From contig JAYRVN010000330.1 in the NCBI GenBank assembly GCA_041918535.1, positions 1-41,045 of the forward strand: a stretch of 41,045 bases of DNA, written 5' to 3'. This stretch comes from Chloroflexota bacterium (lineage in GTDB: Bacteria > Chloroflexota > Anaerolineae > Promineifilales > Promineifilaceae). The notes under the pieces were generated by a model, which ran no database searches, had not been told where the DNA came from, and saw nothing but the letters and a program-made list of their open reading frames with translations. Below, piece by piece: positions 18,489 through 26,600 of this stretch (positions within the stretch are counted from its first letter, which is position 1; every line of letters starts with the position of its first letter). A program made the position numbers and the translations under genes.

Positions 18489-19511
18489 ATGGCAAACAGC
18501 GAACAAAAAGTAACCATTTTGGATATTGCGCAAAGGGCCAATGTATCCCCTAGCACCGTGTCACGCGTGCTGCGGGATTCCGCCGGTGTGTCTGCGGACA
18601 AGCACGCAGCTGTCATCAAGGCCGTGGCCGAGCTAAACTATCGCCCCAATGTTTTTGCACAGAGTTTGGCCAGTGGGCAATCCATGACAATTGGTGTCTT
18701 AACCCAGAACTTTGGCACACCTTTTTATGATGGCATCCTGGCGGGCATTCTGCTGAGATTGGAACATACCAACTATTCGGCCTTGTTTGTGGATGGACGC
18801 TGGCAAGTAGCTTTGGAGCAGCGAGCCATTCAGACATTGCTTGATCGGCGAGTTGATGGATTGATTATGATTGGCGGGCAGATTCCGGAACACGTTCTGA
18901 AATCTATTGCGGCCAAAACACCTCTGATTGTCGTTGCCAGAAGGCTGCGCACTATGCCCGATCATTGTATTTATGTTGACAATGAAGAGGGCGCCTATCA
19001 GGCTACGCGCCACTTAATAGATATGGGACATCGAGATATTGCCCATATTGCCGCAACGATGCCTTATCAGGATACGGTCAACGACATTTTGGATCGCCGT
19101 TATGGATATAGCCGGGCATTACAAGAAGTCGGTTTTGCCGGCGCGGCGGAGCTTATCGTCGAAGGTAACTTACAGCGGCAATCCGGTGTGTTGGCGGTGG
19201 AAACATTGCTGATGCGGAAGAGGCCGTTTAGCGCGATTTTCGCGGCCAATGACCAGATGGCATTTGGGGCCAGATTGGCCCTGTTTCGCAAAGGGATTCG
19301 CGTCCCGGAAGATGTGTCCTTAATCGGGTTTGACGACGAATCAGCCGCCGCTTTCATGATCCCCCCTCTGACAACTGTCCAACAGCCGGCGCACGAGTTG
19401 GGCCAGGCCGTAGCCGCCGCCATACTCAATTTGGTGAATGGCGAACCGGCAGAGATGCCGATCTTTCAAGCCAAACTAATCATTCGAGAATCTGTCAGGC
19501 GACTGCTTTAA
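18489..19511 (+). CDS. LacI-family transcriptional regulator
   Basis: ORF 18450..19511. The likely start is ATG 18489 (MANSEQKVTILDIAQRANVSPSTVSRVLRD, an HTH_LacI motif); ATG 18471 is an alternative. The C-terminal part is a periplasmic-binding-fold sugar sensor domain. Confidence 0.88.
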   Translation: MANSEQKVTILDIAQRANVSPSTVSRVLRDSAGVSADKHAAVIKAVAELNYRPNVFAQSLASGQSMTIGVLTQNFGTPFYDGILAGILLRLEHTNYSALFVDGRWQVALEQRAIQTLLDRRVDGLIMIGGQIPEHVLKSIAAKTPLIVVARRLRTMPDHCIYVDNEEGAYQATRHLIDMGHRDIAHIAATMPYQDTVNDILDRRYGYSRALQEVGFAGAAELIVEGNLQRQSGVLAVETLLMRKRPFSAIFAANDQMAFGARLALFRKGIRVPEDVSLIGFDDESAAAFMIPPLTTVQQPAHELGQAVAAAILNLVNGEPAEMPIFQAKLIIRESVRRLL

Positions 19512-19600
19512 GCCTGTTTGCACGCCGTCGCTTGTCCTATTCACACCCAACCAACCCATCGGCCGAATTTTCTGCGGGGTGTCTTGGCGATGGGCGTTTT

Positions 19601-19626
19601 GGCGCGGATTCGGCCGAATCCACGCC
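19601..19626. repeat. 26-nt near-perfect palindrome centred on TCGGCCGA, between the convergent lacI-type and MFS genes
   Basis: GGCGCGGATTCGGCCGAATCCACGCC has 12 of 13 paired positions. It lies 10 nt beyond the MFS stop codon. It could act as a bidirectional stem-loop, but no U-tract is present. Confidence 0.5.
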
Positions 19627-19635
19627 AATCATTCC

Positions 19636-20847
19636 TCAAGCACGCGCGTCCTCCCTGAGTCTTGTGCCCAAGAGCAGGCCTAAAACCATCAGCCCGATGA
19701 GGACAATCAATGGCAAGGTCATAGAACCTGTTGCCGAGGATTTGAAACTGTCCATTCCCAAGATGAAAACGATCCCTGAGATTTGGCCCATGAGCAAAAG
19801 CAAGCCGTTGGACGTGCCTTCGGGGGTTGGATGGGTAATTTCGGCCCCATATTGGAATCCGACCGGGCCGGCGCTCAGCAAGAAGAAACCAAAGATAAAC
19901 GCTGAGACGAGCAAGAGCCAATAGCCGGGGGCAAAGGTCAAGCCGACAAGCCCCAGGGTTGCCCCGAACACAGCCAATAACAAATAGGGCGTTCTGCGGC
20001 GATAATGGTCAGAGAGCATGGGGATGACGACAGCGCCGAGAATACCCCCCACGATCATCAGACCTCCCGTGTTGCCCGCCTGGATGCTGGAGAAACCTCT
20101 CGGCCTGACGATATCCTCGATCCAGGTTGTTACCGCATTGAACACGCCCAATCCCACAAAGAAGATAACCAGCAGCAGTACAAAATCCCGCCGGCGCAGA
20201 GATTCCTTGAGACCATCAAAAACCAGGGAACGCGCGGCCTGATCCGGGGGGCAAGGCGGCGTGGGAGGGCGTTCTTTAACAACGGCAAAAAAGATACCCG
20301 CAGCGATTACGGAAATGATCCCGTAAACCAGAAGCATCCCGTTGACCTGCGCCCGGAGCGTTAGATAAGGGGTTAGCGCCAGAGCCACAACGATGCCCAG
20401 GTAGATGGCCAATGATCCACGGCCGGCCGCGGTGGCGCGCTCCCGGACCGGGAACCAGCGCGCCGCCACGGTGGTCACGGCATTCAGGATGAAGGGTTGC
20501 CCGATGGCGATGCCTATTTGCGCCAGCAGCACGAAGGTGTAATCGGGCGCCAGGAGGCCCCGCAGCAAGCCAAAAACACCTGTCAGGGCAGCGCCTATCC
20601 CTACAGCCACGCGGATGCCATAGGTGTCAATCATCCAGGAGGCGGGGAGCGAGATGACAAGGTAGACGAGCATGAAGCTCAAGGACAAGAAGCCGATGCT
20701 GAGGTCCGAAACCCCATAATAAGCGGCGGCGCTGCCCGTGATGGGGGCAAAGGTTATCCACAAGAGCTGATTGGCGGCGGCGACCAACATGAACGCCAGC
20801 AGGACGACCCAGCGATAACGGTAGATTTTGAAGTCAGTTTGTTCCAT
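19636..20847 (-). CDS. MFS transporter
   Basis: 403-aa ORF, about 12 hydrophobic segments with a central cytoplasmic loop (VVKERPPTPPCPPDQAARS). Substrate unknown. Confidence 0.8.
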   Translation of the reverse strand: MEQTDFKIYRYRWVVLLAFMLVAAANQLLWITFAPITGSAAAYYGVSDLSIGFLSLSFMLVYLVISLPASWMIDTYGIRVAVGIGAALTGVFGLLRGLLAPDYTFVLLAQIGIAIGQPFILNAVTTVAARWFPVRERATAAGRGSLAIYLGIVVALALTPYLTLRAQVNGMLLVYGIISVIAAGIFFAVVKERPPTPPCPPDQAARSLVFDGLKESLRRRDFVLLLVIFFVGLGVFNAVTTWIEDIVRPRGFSSIQAGNTGGLMIVGGILGAVVIPMLSDHYRRRTPYLLLAVFGATLGLVGLTFAPGYWLLLVSAFIFGFFLLSAGPVGFQYGAEITHPTPEGTSNGLLLLMGQISGIVFILGMDSFKSSATGSMTLPLIVLIGLMVLGLLLGTRLREDARA

Positions 20848-21025
20848 CGGAGCGAACCGCCTATTATGAAGATAATCGGGGAAGGGTCAGCCTTTTGACT
20901 GAGCGGCCGAATCCATGCCCGGCTCCCACACTGGGGGCTTCACCGTGGCGACCCTTCGTGGCCGCAACGTATTACGCCTGCGACCTGATGCGTCTACCCC
21001 TGCCCGTTTTCTGCCTAAAACACAC

Positions 21026-21056
21026 CGCCGCCTCCGGCATGCTACCGGAGGCGGCG
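21026..21056 (-). terminator. GC-rich hairpin in the long MFS/DLH spacer, terminator-like on the minus strand
   Basis: 12-bp perfect stem CGCCGCCTCCGG / CCGGAGGCGGCG with a 7-nt loop. On the minus strand it is followed by GTGTGTTTTAGG. No upstream minus-strand gene is evident, so its role is unclear. Confidence 0.3.
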
Positions 21057-21293
21057 TCCACACATGAGTCTTCGGCCCGTCCCAGGCGAGGCGTGGGGGG
21101 CGGGAGCGGGCCTGAGCCTGGAGAGGGTTCCAGTCGCGTTTCTCTCGTGCCAGTTTTAGGGGGGAGGGGAGGGTCGCCTCGCCTTTCCCGCCAGACCTTC
21201 CATCATTTAAGCACAAAACACGGCGCTTGTCACGCCTCAGGCCAATTTTGTTGGAAAATGGCCGGCGCGCCCATCCCTCTGCTCCCCTCCTGT

Positions 21294-21322
21294 TTGACAG
21301 CCCGCCGGCGAACACGCATAAT
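21294..21322 (+). promoter_or_regulatory. Sigma70-type promoter candidate for the dienelactone hydrolase operon
   Basis: TTGACA (21294..21299), a 17-nt spacer, then CATAAT (21317..21322). AAGGAG follows at 21342..21347 and the ATG at 21354. Confidence 0.45.
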
Positions 21323-21353
21323 CCAGCCTAATCCGACGCACAAGGAGACCGTC

Positions 21354-22127
21354 ATGCTCACCACGGATATGTATGAAGGGATGCTCGCCGAGACCGTCAG
21401 CCTGCCCGGCGCGAACGGCGATCTGATCAACGCCTACCTGGCCCGCCCGCTTGGCCCCGGCCCTTACCCCGGCATGGTCATCGTGCACCACATGCCCGGC
21501 TGGGATGAATGGTATCGTGAGACGACGCGCAAATTCGCCCAGCATGGCTATATCGCCCTCTCGCCCAACCTTTACTTCCGCGCCGGTCACGGATCGGCCG
21601 AAGATGTCGCCGCCCATGTGCGCGCTCAGGGCGGCATCGCCGACGAACAGGCCGTGGGCGACATAGCCGGCGCGCTGCGCCTGCTGCGCTCGCTGCCCAC
21701 CCTCAACGGCAAAGTCGGCGTCTTTGGCACCTGTTCCGGCGGCCGCCATGCTTATTTGGCCGCCTGCCGCGCGCCCGGCTTCGACGCCGTGGTGGATTGC
21801 TGGGGCGGGCGGGTGGTGATGCCGCCGGAGGCGCTGTCGGCCAATACGCCGGTCGCCCCTATTGACTATACGCAGGATTTGACCTGCCCCCTCCTGGGCC
21901 TGTTTGGCGCCGAAGACCGCAGCCCCACCCGCGAGCAGGTGGCCCAACACGAGGCCGCGCTCCAGCAATACGGGAAACCGTACGAGTTTCATGTGTACGA
22001 GGGCGCGGGACACGGCTTTTTCTATTATGAATGGCCGAGCTACCGGCAGGCGCAAGCCATGGACGGCTGGGGCAAGATTTGGCGCTTTCTGGCCCACCAC
22101 CTGCACACCCCCGCCCCCTTTGCTTGA
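21354..22127 (+). CDS. Dienelactone hydrolase family protein
   Basis: This is the in-frame part of ORF 20895..22127, starting at ATG 21354 behind AAGGAG. MLTTDMYEGMLAETVSLPG..., HHMPGWDEW, nucleophile elbow GVFGTCSGG (Cys type), C-terminal GAGHGF. Confidence 0.8.
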   Translation: MLTTDMYEGMLAETVSLPGANGDLINAYLARPLGPGPYPGMVIVHHMPGWDEWYRETTRKFAQHGYIALSPNLYFRAGHGSAEDVAAHVRAQGGIADEQAVGDIAGALRLLRSLPTLNGKVGVFGTCSGGRHAYLAACRAPGFDAVVDCWGGRVVMPPEALSANTPVAPIDYTQDLTCPLLGLFGAEDRSPTREQVAQHEAALQQYGKPYEFHVYEGAGHGFFYYEWPSYRQAQAMDGWGKIWRFLAHHLHTPAPFA

Positions 22128-22164
22128 TACGCCCAGCCCATCTTACTATAGGAGGAGTGTCGCT

Positions 22165-22443
22165 ATGTGTACCATGATTACCCGCAGCGTGCCCATCGAA
22201 GGCAGCGGCAAAGGGGCAGCCGGCTGGTTTGCCCTGAACCAGGCCCACGTCTCGTATGAGCATCCCTTTGGCGCCACGCTGGAATATGCGCTGAATATGG
22301 ACTTTGTCAATCCGGCGCAAGGCTTGGGGGCGCGCGTGGCCGTCGAGTTGAGCGCCGACGCCGCCCGCGCCCTGGTGGAGACCATCCTGGCGGTGCTGGC
22401 CCAGGCCGAACGGGAAGGCCACCTGGCCCCCAGGTCGGGTTAG
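22165..22443 (+). CDS. Small conserved hypothetical protein (92 aa)
   Basis: ATG 22165 with GGAGGAG 7 nt upstream. The N-terminus MCTMITRSVPIEGSGKGAAGWF resembles, from memory only, a small DUF-type family seen in high-GC Gram-positive bacteria and Chloroflexi. It is the in-frame tail of track ORF 21904..22443. Confidence 0.6.
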   Translation: MCTMITRSVPIEGSGKGAAGWFALNQAHVSYEHPFGATLEYALNMDFVNPAQGLGARVAVELSADAARALVETILAVLAQAEREGHLAPRSG

Positions 22444-22501
22444 CGCCTTCGCGCCGGAAGCGCTATCCTCGCCGCGCCACATCCAGTTGGGAGAAATCGT
22501 T

Positions 22502-23473
22502 ATGCATTATCGTCGTTTTGGACGCACAGGCTGGCAAGTCTCTGAGATCGGTTATGGCATGTGGGGCATGGGCGGCTGGAGCGGGGCCGACGACCAGACC
22601 TCCCTGCAAGCCCTCCAGCGCGCCGTCGAGCTGGGCTGCAACTTCTTCGACACCGCCTGGGGCTATGGCGCGGGCCATAGCGAAGGCTTGCTCGGCCAAT
22701 TGGTGCGGGCTAATCCCGAGCGCAAGCTGTATACCGCCACCAAGATTCCGCCCAAGAATTTTCAATGGCCCAGCCGCCGCGAATTCAGCCTGGATGATTG
22801 CTTCCCGCCCGACCACATCCAGGCCTACGTCCACCAAAGTCTGGCTAACGCCGGGCTGCCCGCCTTCGATCTGATCCAGTTCCACACCTGGGAAGACGGC
22901 TGGCTGCGCGACGAGCGCTGGGTTCACGCCGTCAGCGACCTGCGCGCCCAGGGTTTGTTCCAGGCTGTGGGCATCAGCCTGAACCGGTGGGAGCCGTGGA
23001 ACGGCATTCAGGCGGTGCGCAGCGGCTTGATTGACGCCGTGCAAGTGATCTACAACATTTTCGACCAGAACCCGGAGGATGAACTGTTCCCGGCCTGCCT
23101 GGCGCACGACGTGGCCGTGATCGCCCGCGTGCCCTTCGATGAAGGCACATTGACGGGGACGCTGACGCCGGCTAGCCGTTGGCCGGACGGGGATTGGCGC
23201 AACAGCTACTTTGTGCCGGAAAACCTGGCCGCCAGCGTGGCCCGCGCCGAGGCGCTGCGCCCGCTCATCCCGCCCGGCCTGACCATGCCGGAGCTGGCTC
23301 TGCGTTTTATTTTGAACCACCGCGCCGTCAGTACGATTATTCCGGGCATGCGCACGCCCGGCCATGTTGCAGCTAACCTGGCGTGCAGCGACCAGGGGCC
23401 GCTGCCGGCCGAGCTGCAGGACCAACTGCGCGCCCACCGCTGGGAACGCCAACCCACGGCCTGGTCACAGTAA
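22502..23473 (+). CDS. Aldo/keto reductase
   Basis: ORF 22487..23473, likely start ATG 22502 (MHYRRFGRTGWQVSEIGYGMWGMGGW). FDTAWGYGAGHSE and a C-terminal IPGMRTPGHVAANL motif are typical of AKR proteins. Confidence 0.85.
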   Translation: MHYRRFGRTGWQVSEIGYGMWGMGGWSGADDQTSLQALQRAVELGCNFFDTAWGYGAGHSEGLLGQLVRANPERKLYTATKIPPKNFQWPSRREFSLDDCFPPDHIQAYVHQSLANAGLPAFDLIQFHTWEDGWLRDERWVHAVSDLRAQGLFQAVGISLNRWEPWNGIQAVRSGLIDAVQVIYNIFDQNPEDELFPACLAHDVAVIARVPFDEGTLTGTLTPASRWPDGDWRNSYFVPENLAASVARAEALRPLIPPGLTMPELALRFILNHRAVSTIIPGMRTPGHVAANLACSDQGPLPAELQDQLRAHRWERQPTAWSQ

Positions 23474-23612
23474 CCTGGACGCGCCGGGGCGATTGGGTGA
23501 ATCGCGCGGCGGGCGGGTGTGGGGGGCGGGGGCGATTTGCAAAATCGCCCTACAGACTGCGCGGGCTTGATTTTGGAGGGGTTGGGGGAAGAAGTGTGCC
23601 GGCGTGGCGAGC

Positions 23613-26600
23613 TTAATGGCCGGCGGCCAGCCGCTCCAGCAGGAGCAGCAGTTCAGTGGCTAGCTGGTAATGTAAGGCCGGATCGTCAGCTTGCGGCAGG
23701 GCGCGGCTGCCGGCCAGAATTGCCTCCAGCCCCGCAACAAATAGAGGCGGCCAGCCGGCCTGTTTGCCACCGGCGACGAGCGCACGGGCCGCCGCGTGAT
23801 CGTTCCGGCGTAGGTGGGTGAGCAATTGATCCGCCACTTCGCCGGCGCCGCCCCGCGCGTAGCCGCCGTCGCGGCGGTAGGCCAGATAGGCGTCGCGGGC
23901 TTGCCGCCAGGCCGCCCCCGCCGCCGCCGCGTTCCCGCCCGCCGCCTCGATGTTGTGCAGAATGGCGAACGTCTTCCACGGCTCGGCCGCGTGGCCGAAG
24001 GGCCGAGCGCATTCAATCGCCCGCTCAATCTCGCGCCGCGCCTCGTCCAGCCGCCCCAGCTTCACTAGCGTGCCCGCGATGTTGCTGCGCCGCAGCCCTT
24101 CCTTGGCCTGGTCACCCAACCGGACCGCAATATCGGCGGCCTGCCGATAAAACGTCACCGCCTCCTCCAGCCGCCCCGCCCCGGCGTACAGATTGCCCAG
24201 CTCGCCCAAACTGCTGGCCTGCCCCGCCGCGTTGCCCTGCTGCACCTCGATCGCCAGCGACTGCCGGTAGGCCCGCTCCGCCGCCTCAAACTGCCCGGCC
24301 TGGCGGTGCACCCTGCCGATCTGGTGCCACAGCGTCGCCACGCCCGCCGGCTCGCCCAGCCGCTCAAACACGTCGCGCGCCGCCGCATACGCCGCCAGCG
24401 CCTCGGCGTAGCGCCGCTGGTACTGCCGCACCGTTCCCAACTGTGTGCGCCCCACCGCCACGTCGCGTGCGTCGCCGCGCGCCTCGTCCAGCGCGATGGC
24501 CCGCTCATACAGCGCCGCCGCGTCGTCCAGCCGCCCCAGAGCCGTCAGGCAATCCGCCTGCTCCGTCAGCGCTGCCGACGCCATGCCCGCCGCGTCCTTA
24601 TCTCCCTGCGCCGCCAGCGCCTCAAAGCGCCGCTGCGCTTCGCCCAGCGGCTCCAGCGCCGCCCCCGCCTGCCCGCCCGTCCGCAGCACCCGCCCCAGCA
24701 AGATATGCGCCACGCCGATGTCATAGGCCGCGCCGGGGTAAGCCGCCTCGCCCGCCGCCAGCGCCCGCTGCCGCAGCGCCTCGGCTGCCGCCAGCGCCCC
24801 GCGCCCGTCACCCTGCCCCAGCCTGCGCTCAAGCGCCAGCCGCTCATGCTCAAACCGGGCATGCCCCCACTCGCCCAGCTTCCCGCTCGCCTCTTCCCGC
24901 GCCGCGGCCGCCCGCGCCAGCGCCGCCGGCCGCCCCAGCTCGGCCAGCAGTTGCTCGATGCGGCCCGCCACAGCCACCACGTCCTCCGGCGCGGCGCGAT
25001 CCGGCAGCCACTCCAGCAGCGCCAGCAGGTTGGGCAGCTCCAGCAGTGTCAACTGCCGCGCCATCTGCGCATCCTGGAACAGCTGCTGGGACAGGAAGTC
25101 CACCAGTTGCCGCATGGCCGCCGCCCAGCGCTCCGTCAGCGCCGCCAGCGCCGCCGCGTCCAGGCCCCGCCGCAGGTACGCCCCCAGCGCCGGGTCCACC
25201 CGCAGATGGGCATAGGGCATTTCTTCAGCCAAGCCCACATCAATCAATCGGATTGCCAGCGCACGCGCTACTTCGACATCCACCTCCATGACCATCGCCA
25301 AGATCGACAGTTGCGCCCCACCCTGAAAAACCGCCAGCGCTTTGACCTGCTCACGCATTTCTGTGGTCAGCCGCTGCAGCGACAGCTCCAGGCTGGCGTA
25401 GAGCGAATTCTCGCGGTCGCCGGGGTGGGCCGCGTCCTGCGCCGCCATGATGGCCGTCAGGTTGGCCGTCGTCGCCCTCACGCCCAGCCGCGCCACGTCG
25501 CGCGCCAGCAGCACCAGCGCCCGCGCGTGCCGGTTGACGGCGTTCACCAGCTCCAGCACCTCCTGCGGCGTGGCCCCCGGGTCGGTCGGGGCGGGCTGCC
25601 AGCCGGCGTTGGCCATCACCCGCTCCACCAGCGCCACGGCGTCGCGCTCGCTCAGCGCCCCCAGTTCCACCCGCTGCCGCCCGCCGTCAAAGGGGGCCGG
25701 CAGCGCCTCGCGGCTGGTGAACACAATCCGCGCCCGCCCGTCCGCATCCAGCAGCGCCCGGCACAGATCGAACAGTTCGGCCGTCGGGGCGGGTTTGAAA
25801 CCCGCCCCTACATCTGCGCCTGGGGCCGGCAGGGCTGACTCCACATGGTCCAACACGATCAGCGTGGCGTCATCGCGCAAGGCGCGGGCCACCGGCTGCA
25901 AGGCCGCCGCCAGCGTCGGGTAGTGCGCCACGCTGTACTTGTCTCCGTCCGGCAGCAGTTGATGCCCCAGACTGTCCAGCACGGCGCGGGCGTCGGCCAC
26001 ATTCTCCAGCGAGACAAAGGCCGCCCGCCCGAAGCGGCCGCTGCGCGCCAGCCAGCGCGCCAGCTCCACCGCCAGCGTCGTCTTGCCCGCCCCGCCCGTC
26101 CCGCGCACCACCGCGTAGCGCTCTTGCGCCAGCAGCCGCTCCAGATACAGCAGTTCGCGGCTGCGGCCGATGAAGGTGTGCGGCGGCGTCTCCGGCAGCG
26201 CCCCCAGCGCCAGTTTGCGCCGTTCTTTTTGCAGGTCGCGCACGCGCCCCGGCAGCAAGCGGCTGAACAACCGGGGGTCGGCCGCATCCTGATACAGCAC
26301 CGGCACAAACCAGTCGCGCAGATGCAACTCGCCCGCCCCCATCACCTTGCCGCGGAAACTGTCCCCGGCCAGCGCCTGCTGGCCCGCCAGATGGGCCGCG
26401 CCCACGCGCCCGCCTGCCGCCAGCGCCCCGTAAAACGCCTCCACATAGCGGCGCGCCGTCTCCACCAGCACGCTGTAGCTCATGGCCGCCACCGAACTGA
26501 CCCCCTCTTGCAGCAGGCGCGTGGCTACCGAGTTCAGGTCGTCCTCGGTCAGCGAACTCTGGCACGCCTCCAGAAAGACCAGCGGGATGCCGTAATCGCG

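Noticed and set aside
20887-21353. ORFs 20887..21315 (minus) and the first 153 codons of 20895..22127 (plus)
   Set aside because: No motifs, extreme Arg/Gly/Pro bias, and they overlap each other. The hydrolase domain starts at ATG 21354, behind a good AAGGAG and a TTGACA-17-CATAAT promoter.
21237-23452. Minus-strand ORFs 21237..22106, 21859..22482 and 22463..23452, antisense to the hydrolase, small protein and aldo-keto reductase genes
   Set aside because: The plus-strand frames carry clear family motifs and ribosome-binding sites. The antisense translations are low-complexity shadows.
23530-23550. Small hairpin GGGCGATTT-GCA-AAATCGCCC between the convergent aldo-keto reductase and STAND genes
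   Set aside because: The stem is only 9 bp with A/T-rich closing pairs, the loop is 3 nt and there is no U-tract. This is too weak to annotate as a terminator.
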